The notes: generated by a model from the sequence alone, not told the origin. A stretch of DNA of 64,000 nucleotides from an uncultured bacterium (GCA_903869825.1 CAIQAL010000001.1:7185-71184), one strand, 5' to 3'; counted from the first letter of the stretch, positions 46,221 through 56,672 are shown. A program made the numbers and translations.

Positions 46221-47932
46221 ATGGAAAATAGGATATGCCAAAACTGTCAGAAAGATTTCACAATCGAATCGGAGGATTTTTCATTTTACGAAAAAATTAA
46301 AGTCCCTTTACCAACCTTTTGCCCGGATTGTCGAACTCAAAGACGTTTTACCTGGAGAAATGAAAGAAATTTATATCGCAATAAGTGTGCAGCCACCGGA
46401 GCAAATGTAATCTCAGGTTTTTCCGTCGATTCTGGTATGACAATCTATGAAAGAGAATACTGGTGGAGCGACAAATGGGATCCAATGTCTTTTGGAGTGG
46501 ACTATGATTTTTCAAAACCTTTTTTCCTACAGTTTCAAAGTTTTATGAAAAGCACTCCGATGCCTTCCTCATTCAATGCCCGTACAATAAATAGCGAGTA
46601 TTTCAGCATACCGGAGATTTTAAGAATGCTTATCTGGTACACGCTTCCTGGGGTGGGGAGAATGTTTCTTATGCCGCACGAGTAAGCGAAGTAAAAGATT
46701 CTATGGATTCATTGGTTCTTTCTAACTCGGAACTTTGTTACGAAGTGATTGCCAGTAACAAATGCTACAACGTGACCCATTCCCAAAATCTTGAAGGTTG
46801 CAATAATTCTTCATTTTTATTTGAGTGTCGTGGATGTTCTGATTGTTTTGGTTGCGTTAACTTGCGCAACCAGAGTTACCATATTTTTAACGAACCATAC
46901 AGTCGGGAAAAATATTTAGAAAAAGTAAATGAATTTAACATTGGGAGTTATAAAAATTTTAAAGAAATCGAAAAGAACTTCAAGGATCTTAAGCAGAAAG
47001 CGATTCAAAAATACGCAAACATTGTAAATTCTCCCAACTGTACCGGAGATAATATCGTAAATTCATATAACTCTAAAAATTGTTTTGATCTTTATGGAGA
47101 GGTCAGGGATTGTAAGTTTATCCAAAATTGCGCCAAGTTCTTGAAAGACAGTTATGACGGATATGGAGTCGGCTCTTCGGCTGATCTTACCTATGAAGTT
47201 TTTGATACCGGGGTGCAAGGTTCTAGACTTTGTTTCGGGGCGGTTGTCTATGGTGGTCATGATGTCTATTATTCTTACAATTGTCACGGGAGTCAAAATT
47301 GTTTTGCTTGTGTAGGACTTCGCTCAAAATCTTACTGCATTTTTAATAAACAATACACCAAAGATGAGTATGAATCACTTGTTCCAAAGATAATAAAACA
47401 TATGAATGAAATGTCGTATGTTGATGCAAAGGGGAGAACATACAAATATGGAGAATTTTTCCCAAGTGACTTGAGTCCTTTTGCCTACAATGAAACTATC
47501 GCCCAAGAATATTTTTCATTAACCAAAGAAGAAGTTTTGAAACAAGGTTATAAATGGAGAGAAAAAGATGGAAGAAGCTACCAGATGGATATTAAAAATG
47601 AAAATATTCCAGATGATATTAAGGAAGTAGGTGAATCAATAATCGGGAAGGTTATAGAGTGTGAACACAAGGGTACCTGTAACGAACAATGTACTGAGGC
47701 CTTCAAACTTATCCCAGATAAATTACAATTTTACAAAAGGATGAATTTACCTTTACCTCGCATCTGCCCCAATTGTCGTCACTATGAAAGACTAGGAAAA
47801 AGAAATCCAATGAAGCTTTGGCTCAGAAAATGCATGAAGGAAGGTTGTCAAAACGAATTTGAAACGAGCTATGCTCCCTACCGATCGGAAACCGTTTATT
47901 GTGAAAGATGTTACCAACAAGAAGTCTACTAG
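46221..47932 (+). CDS. Cys-rich double zinc-ribbon paralog family protein, copy C (frame interrupted at a T-run ~46606-46612)
   Basis: ORFs 46221..46685 and 46703..47932 are one gene. In the -1 frame, NSEYF is followed by QHTGDFKNAYLVHASWGGENVSYAARVSEVKDSMDSLVLSNSELCYEV, which aligns to copy D. One extra T in the tatttc run restores the frame. Confidence 0.6.
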
Positions 47933-47979
47933 ACCATTGACTCAAATATTATATTTTGCTATAATTCTTTTACCTAATA

Positions 47980-48213
47980 ATGAGTGATACAAAAAATGAA
48001 AAAATATTGACTGCGCGTGGCTTAGTCACTGAAGCCTTACCTAGTACTTTATTTAGGGTAAAAATTGAAGGATCCGGCGAAGAAGGGAAAGAAATTCTGG
48101 CATATCTCGGAGGAAAAATGAGAATGCATCGAATCAAAGTTTTAATTGGTGATCACGTAGAAGTTGTTCTTGACCCGTACGGCGGGAAAGGGAGAATCGT
48201 TAAAAGGTTGTAA
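47980..48213 (+). CDS. infA: translation initiation factor IF-1
   Basis: 77 aa S1-like OB fold; ...RVKIEGSGEEGKEILAYLGGKMRMHRIKVLIGDHVEVVLDPYGGKGRIVKRL. Confidence 0.9.
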   Translation: MSDTKNEKILTARGLVTEALPSTLFRVKIEGSGEEGKEILAYLGGKMRMHRIKVLIGDHVEVVLDPYGGKGRIVKRL

Positions 48214-48276
48214 TTATTTTAAAATAGTGTATCATAGTAAATACAGTTAGCAATAAGTAAGGAACATCGAGAAAAT

Positions 48277-48297
48277 AAGGGTAATTTCCCTTGTTTT
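48277..48297 (+). terminator. hairpin + T-run between infA and rpmJ (partial terminator/attenuator candidate)
   Basis: AAGGGTAATTTCCCTTGTTTT. Confidence 0.3.
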
Positions 48298-48316
48298 CAA
48301 TTTGTTATATATATAA

Positions 48317-48427
48317 ATGAAAATAAAATCAACAGTAAAAAAAATTTGTGATAATTGTAAAATGGTAAAGCGTAACAGACATCTTCGTGTAATTTGTTCA
48401 AATCCTAAGCATAAACAAAAACAATAA
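48317..48427 (+). CDS. rpmJ: 50S ribosomal protein L36
   Basis: Not in the ORF track because it is too short. Translates to [36 protein letters not shown], the canonical L36 C-x2-C...C...H zinc ribbon. Stop lies 1 nt before rpsM. Confidence 0.85.
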   Translation: MKIKSTVKKICDNCKMVKRNRHLRVICSNPKHKQKQ

Positions 48428-48428
48428 A

Positions 48429-48809
48429 ATGAGAATATTAGGAATCACAGTCCCAAATGAAAAGAGATTAGAAATTGGATTAACTTGCGTCTATGGTATT
48501 GGTATTTCCAGTGCCCGAAAAATTTTAGATAAAGTGTCCATTGACCACGGGAAAAAAGCAAAAGACCTTACTTCTGATGAAGAGAATAAAATTAGAGCAA
48601 TCGTTGAAGGAATGAAAATTGAGGGAAATTTGAAAAGAGAAGTGTCTGCTAACATCAAAAGACTGAAAGACATCAAAACTTACCGCGGAGTTCGTCACAT
48701 GAAAAGATTGCCAGTTCGAGGACAAAGAACAAAAACTAATTCCAGAACCGTTCGAGGAAACGTCCGAAAAACAATGGCTTCAGGTAAGAGAAAAGAAAGT
48801 AAAACATAA
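48429..48809 (+). CDS. rpsM: 30S ribosomal protein S13
   Basis: MRILGITVPNEKRLEIGLTCVYGIGISSARKIL...; 126 aa. Confidence 0.9.
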   Translation: MRILGITVPNEKRLEIGLTCVYGIGISSARKILDKVSIDHGKKAKDLTSDEENKIRAIVEGMKIEGNLKREVSANIKRLKDIKTYRGVRHMKRLPVRGQRTKTNSRTVRGNVRKTMASGKRKESKT

Positions 48810-48821
48810 TTTTAATTAAAA

Positions 48822-49256
48822 ATGGGAAAAACAAAAATTACAACCGAAGAATCAACTGAAGTTACAAAAGACGAAGTAAAAGTTGCTCCGAGCAAAACCC
48901 CGAAGAAGAAAATAACTTCCGGAATGGTGTTTATCGATGCGACCTTTAATAATACCAAAGTTCTCTTTGGAGATAAACAAGGTAATACTTTATTTTGGTC
49001 TAGCGCAGGTTCACTTGGTTTCAAAGGTGCAAAAAAAGGAACCCCGTTTGCTGCTTCTAAAGTGGGCGATATCATCGGAACGAAAGCGTTTGCCCTAGGA
49101 GTGAAAGAAGCAGATGTAGTAGTAAAGGGAGTAGGTTCCGGAAGGGAACCAGCAGTCCGAGCCTTTATGGCCCGCGGGATTGAGATAACTTCCATTAAAG
49201 ATGCTACTCCGGTTCCTCACAATGGTCCAAAACCAAAGAAACCACGAAGAGTTTAA
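48822..49256 (+). CDS. rpsK: 30S ribosomal protein S11
   Basis: GMVFIDATFNNTKVLFGDKQGNTLFWSSAGSLGFKGAKKGTPFAA...; 144 aa. Confidence 0.9.
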   Translation: MGKTKITTEESTEVTKDEVKVAPSKTPKKKITSGMVFIDATFNNTKVLFGDKQGNTLFWSSAGSLGFKGAKKGTPFAASKVGDIIGTKAFALGVKEADVVVKGVGSGREPAVRAFMARGIEITSIKDATPVPHNGPKPKKPRRV

Positions 49257-49288
49257 ATATTAAAATTGAGAATTAAGAATTACAAAAA

Positions 49289-49894
49289 ATGATAACCAAA
49301 CCAAAATTTAAAATTTGTAGAAGACTAGGTCCTGGAGTTTATGACAAATGTCAGACGTCTAAGTTTTCGACTACAACTGGTAAATTTGGTGGTGTTGGCG
49401 GAAAGCGTCCAAAAGCTCTTTCAGAATATGGAACCCAACTTATTGAAAAACAAAAAATTCGATTTTCATATGGGATTACTGAACGTCAACTCGCAAATTA
49501 TATTAAGAAAGCTTCTTTGGTAAAAGGAGCCGGCACCGCAGAAAGATTTTATGAAGAATTGGAATCTAGACTCGATAACGTAATTTATCGAATGGGGCTA
49601 GCCACAAGTAGACGAGCGACCAGACAAATGGTGTCACATGGGCACTTTATTGTGAACGACAAAAAAGTAACAATTCCATCGTACGAAGTAAAGCCTGGCG
49701 ATATGGTAAAAATTCGTGAAGGTTCGAAGACTAAGAAGATTTTTGATAATATGCCTGAAAAGTTGAAAGATTACACAGCTCCTGTTTGGGTTTCGTTTGA
49801 TGCCGGAAAAATGGAAGGAAAAGTTTTGGCTAAGCCAAAAAATATTGAAACTTTCCTCGATTTGAATGCTGTTCTTGAATTTTACAGCCGTTAG
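49289..49894 (+). CDS. rpsD: 30S ribosomal protein S4
   Basis: ...RQMVSHGHFIVNDKKVTIPSYEVKPGDMV... S4 domain; 201 aa. Confidence 0.9.
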   Translation: MITKPKFKICRRLGPGVYDKCQTSKFSTTTGKFGGVGGKRPKALSEYGTQLIEKQKIRFSYGITERQLANYIKKASLVKGAGTAERFYEELESRLDNVIYRMGLATSRRATRQMVSHGHFIVNDKKVTIPSYEVKPGDMVKIREGSKTKKIFDNMPEKLKDYTAPVWVSFDAGKMEGKVLAKPKNIETFLDLNAVLEFYSR

Positions 49895-49977
49895 TTAATT
49901 TATTTTTTCCCCATCGAAGGGTGGATAAGTATTATTAAATTAAATATTATTAAGTTAAGAGTAATTTTTATAACATT

Positions 49978-50949
49978 ATGCCTGAATATAAAATAATTAT
50001 GCCTTCAAAGCCGAAAGTTGTGCTTGAAGAAGGAGATAAAGGAGTGTTTGAGATAGATGGACTCTATCCGGGGTATGGACATACTTTGGGGAATTCATTG
50101 CGAAGAATCATTCTCTCATCACTACCTGGCGCAAGTGTCACTTCAATAAAAATTGAAGGTATTTCTCATGAATTTTCCACAATGGAAGGCATAAAGGAAG
50201 ACATAATTGTTATGATTCTGAATATTAAAAAGACTCGTTTTAAAATGGCATCTGATGAGCCTCAGATCGTTACTCTTTCTATCAAGGGACCAAAAGTGGT
50301 AACCGCAGCAGATATCAAAACTACTGGACAAGTCGAAGTATTAAACCCCGAATTATATATTTGCGAAGTAACCGGAAAAGTAAATTTAAATATTGAACTT
50401 AAGATTGAAAAAGGTCTTGGTTTTATTCCGAAAGAAATTATGCAAAAAGACAAAGTTGAGATCGGAACTATTGCGGTTGATGCAATTTTTACCCCGGTTC
50501 GACGTGTTTCTTACGAAGTAGAAAATATGCGCGTGGGGGACAAGACCAACCACAATCGCCTAAGAATTTCTATTGAAACAGATGGGACATTGACCCCACG
50601 AGAAGCATTATCTCGCTCGATTGAAATAATGATTAATCAATTAAAAGCAATTATTGATTTCAAAGAACCCGAGGTTGAAGTTGAAAAGGAAGCAGAAAAA
50701 AGTGAAGAAAAAGACGAGGATGAAGAAAAGAAAGAAAGTGATTTTACTGATGTTCTAAAAACCAGAACCGATAATCTGGATCTTTCGACCAGAACTTTAA
50801 ACGCGCTTACCGCTGCAAACATCAGAACTCTTGGCGGGTTAGCGCGGAAGAGAAAAGAAGATCTCCTTGAAATAGAAGGAATCGGGGAAAAAGGGATTAC
50901 CGAAATTAAAAAAGTGCTGGCAAAATACGGCTTTAATCTAAAAGAATAA
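49978..50949 (+). CDS. rpoA: DNA-directed RNA polymerase subunit alpha
   Basis: N-terminal dimerisation domain (GHTLGNSLRRILLSSLPG), acidic linker, C-terminal alpha-CTD HhH (LDLSTRTLNALTAANIRTLG). Confidence 0.9.
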   Translation: MPEYKIIMPSKPKVVLEEGDKGVFEIDGLYPGYGHTLGNSLRRIILSSLPGASVTSIKIEGISHEFSTMEGIKEDIIVMILNIKKTRFKMASDEPQIVTLSIKGPKVVTAADIKTTGQVEVLNPELYICEVTGKVNLNIELKIEKGLGFIPKEIMQKDKVEIGTIAVDAIFTPVRRVSYEVENMRVGDKTNHNRLRISIETDGTLTPREALSRSIEIMINQLKAIIDFKEPEVEVEKEAEKSEEKDEDEEKKESDFTDVLKTRTDNLDLSTRTLNALTAANIRTLGGLARKRKEDLLEIEGIGEKGITEIKKVLAKYGFNLKE

Positions 50950-50953
50950 TAAT

Positions 50954-51307
50954 ATGAGACACGGAAACAACAAACGAAAATTTGGACGAGAAAAGAATCA
51001 AAGAAATGCACTTATGATATCTTTGGCACTTAATTTGATTATCAGAGAAAAAATAAAGACTACTGAACCAAAAGCAAGAGAACTCAGGCCTTTTATTGAA
51101 AAGCTTGTTACTCGAGCAAAAAAAGATACTTTAGCGAACCGCCGAGTAGTTCTTTCAAAAACTCTAAACCGAGACAAAGAAGTGAAGAAACTTTTTGAAA
51201 AAATAGCTCCAAAATATGTGGATATCAATGGTGGCTATACCAGAGTTTTGAAATTAGGAGCCAGAAAGTCCGATGGCGCCAAAATGGCCATTATTGAATT
51301 TGTATAA
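50954..51307 (+). CDS. rplQ: 50S ribosomal protein L17
   Basis: MRHGNNKRKFGREKNQRNALM...; 117 aa. Confidence 0.9.
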   Translation: MRHGNNKRKFGREKNQRNALMISLALNLIIREKIKTTEPKARELRPFIEKLVTRAKKDTLANRRVVLSKTLNRDKEVKKLFEKIAPKYVDINGGYTRVLKLGARKSDGAKMAIIEFV

Positions 51308-51318
51308 TTATAACGATT

Positions 51319-51687
51319 ATGAAAAAAGAAAATAACAAAAAAGAAGTGAAAGTGATTGATGCGAGCGGAAGAACGCTCGGTCGAGTGGCCACTGAAGTTG
51401 CTATGTCTTTGATGGGTAAAACCAAAGTTACTTTCGAGCGGAATGTTTATTCCGGGATTCCGGTTAAGGTTGTGAATGCATCAAAAATAAAAATAACTGC
51501 CAAAAAATTGGAAGGGATTGATCACAAAAGATATTCCGGGATGCGAGGGGGGCTTCGAATCACAAAAGGTACCGAAACAGTTGAGAAAAAAGGATTCAAT
51601 GAATTACTTAAGTTGGCAATCTTCCAAATGCTTCCAGGAAATAAATTACGAAGAGAAATGATGAGACATTTAACAATAGAAAATTAG
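51319..51687 (+). CDS. rplM: 50S ribosomal protein L13
   Basis: KVIDASGRTLGRVATEVAMSLMGK...; 122 aa. Confidence 0.85.
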   Translation: MKKENNKKEVKVIDASGRTLGRVATEVAMSLMGKTKVTFERNVYSGIPVKVVNASKIKITAKKLEGIDHKRYSGMRGGLRITKGTETVEKKGFNELLKLAIFQMLPGNKLRREMMRHLTIEN

Positions 51688-51693
51688 AAATTT

Positions 51694-52101
51694 ATGGAGA
51701 AAAAAATGACAAAAGAAAAATATATCGAGGCAGTTGGGAGAAGAAAAACTTCTACCGCGAGAGTGCGAATTACCGAGGGCAGCAAGTCCAGCTTTATTGT
51801 GAATGAAATGGATGCCAAAGATTATTTTAAGACCGATGAACAGAAACGCCTTATTATCGATCCGTTGGCCTCGATCACTGGAAGTAAATGGCACGTAGAA
51901 GTCCGAGTTTCAGGTGGAGGAATCCACTCTCAGGCTGAAGCAATCCGACATGGACTCTCAAGAGCTTTGGTAGAATCTGATCCAGAAATGCGTGGAAAAT
52001 TAAAAACATTGGGATTCCTGAAAAGAGACCCAAGAGCGAAAGAACGAAGAAAATTCGGACTCAAGAAAGCCCGCAAGGCTCCACAGTGGAGTAAACGTTA
52101 A
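51694..52101 (+). CDS. rpsI: 30S ribosomal protein S9
   Basis: GRRKTSTARVRITEG ... KKARKAPQWSKR C-terminus; 135 aa. Confidence 0.9.
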   Translation: MEKKMTKEKYIEAVGRRKTSTARVRITEGSKSSFIVNEMDAKDYFKTDEQKRLIIDPLASITGSKWHVEVRVSGGGIHSQAEAIRHGLSRALVESDPEMRGKLKTLGFLKRDPRAKERRKFGLKKARKAPQWSKR

Positions 52102-52103
52102 AA

Positions 52104-52131
52104 TAAAAAAATCCCCGAAAGGGGATTTTTA
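52104..52131 (+). terminator. rho-independent terminator after rpsI
   Basis: AAAAAAATCCCCGAAAGGGGATTTTT. Confidence 0.6.
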
Positions 52132-52163
52132 ATTGATAGTAATTTATGATAGTATAGAAATGT

Positions 52164-52775
52164 ATGAAAGATGAAGAAAAAGAAAAAAAAGAGGAAAATA
52201 AGGATGAAATGACGCCGAAGGAAGATGCTTCTGAGGTTTTAGAGTTTGAATTTAATGATGACGGAGAAGAAGATCTTAAAAAAACCATAAAAAAGCTTCG
52301 AGCAGAATTAAAGAAAATTAAAGCCGAAAAAGACGAATATTTAACCGGCTGGCAGAAAGAACGAGCGGATTTTGTGAACTACAAGAAACAAGACGAAGAC
52401 AGAAAGTTGAATTTCTCCGAATCAATCCGGGAAAGAATTCTAACCAGGTTTTTGAGTGTGGCGGACAGCTTCAATATGGCCTTTGCAAATAAAGAAGCTT
52501 GGGAAAAAGTTGATGAAAATTGGCGCAAAGGGGTGGAATATATCTATGGTCAGATGAATACTATATTTGAAGAATATGGAGTAAAATCAATCGGGGAAGC
52601 GGGAGAAAGTTTTGATCACAACATCCATCATTCGATAGAAATGATTCCGACTGATAAAAAAGAAGACGATCATAAAATTGCTGAGGTTATTCAAAGAGGA
52701 TACAAACTTGGTGACCGCGTAATTCGAGCTGCCCGAGTGAATGTTTTTGAGTACCATGACAAGCCCACAGAATAA
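52164..52775 (+). CDS. grpE: nucleotide exchange factor GrpE
   Basis: Acidic N-terminus, coiled coil (LRAELKKIKAEKDEYLTGWQKERADFVNYKK), C-terminal IQRGYKLGDRVIRAARVNV. Confidence 0.85.
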   Translation: MKDEEKEKKEENKDEMTPKEDASEVLEFEFNDDGEEDLKKTIKKLRAELKKIKAEKDEYLTGWQKERADFVNYKKQDEDRKLNFSESIRERILTRFLSVADSFNMAFANKEAWEKVDENWRKGVEYIYGQMNTIFEEYGVKSIGEAGESFDHNIHHSIEMIPTDKKEDDHKIAEVIQRGYKLGDRVIRAARVNVFEYHDKPTE

Positions 52776-54480
52776 AACCTGTCAGAATTGCAAGTGTGAC
52801 TTCATAATCGAATCTGAAGATTTTAATTTTTACGAGAAGATAAAGGTTCCACCACCGACTTGGTGTCCGGAATGTCGAATGATAAGACGTATGTCCTTTC
52901 GTGATTACAGGGTACTTTATAAAAGGAAAAGTGATAAAACGGGGAAAATAATTTTTTCTATTTTTCCACAAGAATCTCCTTTTAAAGTTTGGGAACGTGA
53001 TATTTGGTGGTCGGATGAATTGAATGCTCTTGATTACGGGAAAAACGTAGATTTTAATAAAAATTTCTTTATTCAACTAAAAGAACTTTTTTTTGATGTT
53101 CCTTCATCGGGGCAAACTTGTTGGAATATGGTCAATAGTGAGTATTGCACTGGTGCTAATAGTTTAAAAAATTGTTACCTGGTATTTGTATCCACGTTTT
53201 CAGAAGATTCCATGTATTGTGCAGAAATAAATAGAACAAAGAATTCTATTGACGTTACAAGAATCGAGTCGTCGGAATTGTGCTATCAATCTTTTGCTCT
53301 CATAAAGTGTTATCAAGCTTTCTTTTCTTCTCATTGTGAAAACTGCATGGATATCTGGTTTTCCAGAAACTTAGTTGGTTGTAATTATTGTTTTGGTTGT
53401 ACAAATTTAAGAAACAAGCAATACTGCGTTTTTAATAAACAATACACAAAAGAAAATTATATCAAATATGTAGATGATCTTGACCTAAGCTCTTACAAAT
53501 CAATGAAAGCGGTAAAAGAAAAGGCAGAAAAAGTAGTGGAAAAAAGTATCAGAAAATTCATGGAAGGACGATACAATTCTAATGTTTCCGGTGAGTACAT
53601 CAATAACTCAAAAAATACTTTTAATAGCTATTACGTTATTCAAGGAGAAGACAGTAAGTATGTTCAATCTTTTTTCACTCCTGGTTTTAAAGACTGCTAT
53701 GATTGTACGATGTGGGGACAAAATTCCGAATTATGCTATGAATGTTCTTCTGTCGGAGAAAATTGTTATAACAATAAATTTAATTATCGTTGCAGTAGAG
53801 GTTCGCATGATTGTGAGTATTCCTATAGTTGCTATGGAAGTTCAAATATTTTTGGTTGTTCTGGACTTATTAATAAACAATATTGCATTTTAAATAAACA
53901 GTACACAAAGGAAGAATATTCCAGACTAAGAGAAAAAGTAATCAAACACATGAATGATGTCCCATACTTAGACAAAAAGGGGACAATGTATACGTACGGA
54001 GAATTCTTCCCCTTAGAATTGTCTCCTTTTTCTTACAATGAATCAATGGCCCAGGATTATTTTCCCCTAGAAAAAAAACAAGCCGTTAACCTAGGTTTTA
54101 GGTGGAAGGATAAAGAAGAAAGGAATTACAAGATAGATATCAAAAATGAAAATATTCCTGATAGTAATAAAGACATTACGGAAGATATCTTAAACAAGGC
54201 GATTGAATGTGAAAACAAAAACAAAAACGTCGAATATTGTACTGAAGCGTTTAAAATTATTAAATCAGAGTTGCAGTTTTATAAAAAATTTAATTTACCA
54301 TTACCAAGATTATGCCCAAACTGTAGGCATTTTGATCGTTTAAAAATGAGGAATTCTTTGAAACTTTGGAACCGCAAATGTATGAAAGAAGGTTGTCAGA
54401 ATGAATTTGAAACCAGCTACGCTCCCGAATGTCCTGAAATCGTTTACTGTGAACGTTGTTATCAACAAGAAGTATACTAA
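52756..54480 (+). CDS. Cys-rich double zinc-ribbon paralog family protein, copy D
   Basis: Intact, ~575 aa. Start at ATG 52756 (MTSPQNKTCQNCKCDF...) overlaps the grpE stop by 20 nt in another frame; the ORF track's alternative start is 52741. Full architecture described in the findings. Confidence 0.65.
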   Translation: MTSPQNKTCQNCKCDFIIESEDFNFYEKIKVPPPTWCPECRMIRRMSFRDYRVLYKRKSDKTGKIIFSIFPQESPFKVWERDIWWSDELNALDYGKNVDFNKNFFIQLKELFFDVPSSGQTCWNMVNSEYCTGANSLKNCYLVFVSTFSEDSMYCAEINRTKNSIDVTRIESSELCYQSFALIKCYQAFFSSHCENCMDIWFSRNLVGCNYCFGCTNLRNKQYCVFNKQYTKENYIKYVDDLDLSSYKSMKAVKEKAEKVVEKSIRKFMEGRYNSNVSGEYINNSKNTFNSYYVIQGEDSKYVQSFFTPGFKDCYDCTMWGQNSELCYECSSVGENCYNNKFNYRCSRGSHDCEYSYSCYGSSNIFGCSGLINKQYCILNKQYTKEEYSRLREKVIKHMNDVPYLDKKGTMYTYGEFFPLELSPFSYNESMAQDYFPLEKKQAVNLGFRWKDKEERNYKIDIKNENIPDSNKDITEDILNKAIECENKNKNVEYCTEAFKIIKSELQFYKKFNLPLPRLCPNCRHFDRLKMRNSLKLWNRKCMKEGCQNEFETSYAPECPEIVYCERCYQQEVY

Positions 54481-54481
54481 T

Positions 54482-56137
54482 ATGAAACCAGAAACAAGAA
54501 CATGCGAACATTGTGGTAAGGAATTCTCTATTTCAGAAGAAGAATTAAATATGTATAAGAAGATAGATATTGAATTACCGACTATTTGCTTTTTTTGCCG
54601 AGTAAAAATTCACTTGTCTTTTTGGATGTTCGGAAAATTTCGAAAAGGAAAATCTGATCTTTCTGGGGAAAGCTTAATAACAGTTTTGCCTAATAAAAAT
54701 CGTTATCCAATCTATACTCTAACGGAATGGTGGAGCGATAAATGGGATGCAATGGATTTTGGACAAGATTACGATCAACAAAGAACTTTTTTTTCTCAGC
54801 TAAAGGAATTGCAAGAAAAAGTCCCGCATCCACATCAAAACGGTAGTAAAAATACAGGATGTGATTGGTGTGACGATGTTTGGAATTCTAAAAATTGTTA
54901 TTTAGCTCGCTCGATGGTTGATTGTGAAGATTTATATTATTCTTACAGAAACTTAAATGTTAAAAATTCTATAGATGTGACTGTTTGCTATAACTCTGAA
55001 AAGCTATTTGATTCGTTAAATTGCCTTCATTCTTTTAAAATTTTTTATTCAAGAAACTCAAGAGACTGTGTAGAATCGTATTTTTTATTTGATTGTCGTA
55101 ATTGTCAAAATTGTTTCATGTGCTGGAACTTGAGAGGTAAATCATTTTGTATAGAAAATATCCAATATACTAGGGATGATTATTTTGAAAAATTAAAATC
55201 ATTTAACTTAGGGTCATATAAGTCAATTCAAAATTTCAAAATAAGATTTGAGGAAATAGCACGTACCGAAGTTGTGCATAGAGAAAATTTTAACCTTAAA
55301 ATTCATAATTCTGACGGAGATCAATTAATTAACTGTAAGAATTGTCATAACTCGTTTACTATAAGCGATTCAGAAGATAGTTATAATTGCATAAGAGGAA
55401 AGAATGAAAAGTCTAACATTGACGCCAATGGCACATGGGATTCTGAATTAATAGGTAATTGTAGTTCTTGTTTTGGTGGTTATATGCAAAAATATTGTGC
55501 TTGGTCAACTTCTCGATTTTCAGAATACTTGGATTTATGTTTAGAATGCGAAAATTGTTTTGGTTGTGTCGGACTTAAAAAGAAAAAATATTGTATTTTA
55601 AATAAGCAATATGAAAAAGAAGAATATGAAAAACTTATGTTGGAAATTATTACTAATATGAAAAAAAGGGGAGAGTATGGAAAGTTTTTACCTTTTCTAA
55701 TGTCTGCAGGGCCATTTAATTTCTCTACAAGCTTTCTGTATTTTCCAGAAACGAAAAAAGAAGATATTTTAAAGCTTGGAGGTTATTGGGAGGATGTTGA
55801 TGAAAGTCATATCGAAGGAATGCTGACTAGTGAATTACCTGATAGCATAAAAGATGTTCCTGATAATATTATTACCGAAGCCTTAATTTGTCCACAAACT
55901 GGTTGGCGTTTCAATATTGCACAGAACGAACTAAATTTTTACCGGCAAAATAATATTCCGCTGCCTAGACGACATTTTGATGTTAGAATTAAAGACAATA
56001 TAAAATATTCGACAGTGTTGCAATCTTATCATTACAAATGTTTTTATTGTAAAATAGATATCGATGGCTATTATCCGCCGGAGTGGGAATATAAAAAAAT
56101 TGCTTGTGAAGAGTGTTACAAGCAAAATATTAACTAA
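54482..56137 (+). CDS. Cys-rich double zinc-ribbon paralog family protein, copy E
   Basis: Starts 1 nt after copy D's stop (MKPETRTCEHCGKEFSISEEELNMYKKIDIELPTICFFCR...). The ORF-track start 54401 lies inside D and is rejected. ~551 aa. Confidence 0.65.
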   Translation: MKPETRTCEHCGKEFSISEEELNMYKKIDIELPTICFFCRVKIHLSFWMFGKFRKGKSDLSGESLITVLPNKNRYPIYTLTEWWSDKWDAMDFGQDYDQQRTFFSQLKELQEKVPHPHQNGSKNTGCDWCDDVWNSKNCYLARSMVDCEDLYYSYRNLNVKNSIDVTVCYNSEKLFDSLNCLHSFKIFYSRNSRDCVESYFLFDCRNCQNCFMCWNLRGKSFCIENIQYTRDDYFEKLKSFNLGSYKSIQNFKIRFEEIARTEVVHRENFNLKIHNSDGDQLINCKNCHNSFTISDSEDSYNCIRGKNEKSNIDANGTWDSELIGNCSSCFGGYMQKYCAWSTSRFSEYLDLCLECENCFGCVGLKKKKYCILNKQYEKEEYEKLMLEIITNMKKRGEYGKFLPFLMSAGPFNFSTSFLYFPETKKEDILKLGGYWEDVDESHIEGMLTSELPDSIKDVPDNIITEALICPQTGWRFNIAQNELNFYRQNNIPLPRRHFDVRIKDNIKYSTVLQSYHYKCFYCKIDIDGYYPPEWEYKKIACEECYKQNIN

Positions 56138-56138
56138 T

Positions 56139-56672
56139 TTATTTTTTGAGAGCTTTAAGAAATTCCAGATTTGTTTCCGGATCAAGTTTTTCAGTAACAA
56201 TAATCATCAATTCCGAACAAAGGCCCAAATCTTTTTTAATATTCGTGAAAAGATATTCGTATGGATGAGGGGAGATCCAGACGGTATTTTTTATGCAAAC
56301 GAAATTCGCTTTCTTGAGTAAGTAGCGTAATGCTTCACGTTCGCTTTTTCTTTCTTCAGGAATATCTAAAATTATAATTCGCCAAAGTCCGTCCCAGGTA
56401 TTTGACACGAGTGCTTCTTCGCCTTCGAGACGAATGGAGTTTAATTTTCTTTGGCCTTTTTTGGTAATTTTCAGGTATTTTTGGTTGTCGGAACTGTGGA
56501 TTTCCACGCAACCTGATTCGATTAATTGCTTGATAGAGCGGGCGAGGGCATAGTTTTTCTTTTGGTCTTTCCCTTTTATTGCTTCAACAGAAATGGCAGG
56601 TTTTTCAGACAAAACTTTCAAAATAGCCTTTTGAATATTGGGTTTTTTGATGTTTTTTACTACTTTATCCAT
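56139..56672 (-). CDS. PaaX-family-like transcriptional regulator (N-terminal winged helix + PaaX_C-like domain), short form
   Basis: WDGLWRIIILDIPEERKSEREALRYLLKKANFVCIKNTVWISPHPYE matches the PaaX C-terminal signature (WDG.W...D.PE..R..R..L...GF..L.NSVW.SP). N-terminal wHTH IQKAILKVLSEKPAISVEAI. Its stop is 1 nt from copy E's stop on the other strand. Confidence 0.5.
   Translation of the reverse strand: MDKVVKNIKKPNIQKAILKVLSEKPAISVEAIKGKDQKKNYALARSIKQLIESGCVEIHSSDNQKYLKITKKGQRKLNSIRLEGEEALVSNTWDGLWRIIILDIPEERKSEREALRYLLKKANFVCIKNTVWISPHPYEYLFTNIKKDLGLCSELMIIVTEKLDPETNLEFLKALKK

Noticed and set aside
52102-52163. CIRCE/HrcA operator upstream of grpE (and of dnaK)
   Set aside because: No match to TTAGCACTC-N9-GAGTGCTAA. 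Only a short direct repeat TGATAGTA (52134-52141, 52147-52154) of unclear meaning.
54401-54481. Alternative upstream start (54401) for Cys-rich copy E
   Set aside because: This stretch is inside copy D's coding region in another frame. The paralog alignment and a 1-nt intergenic gap support the ATG at 54482.
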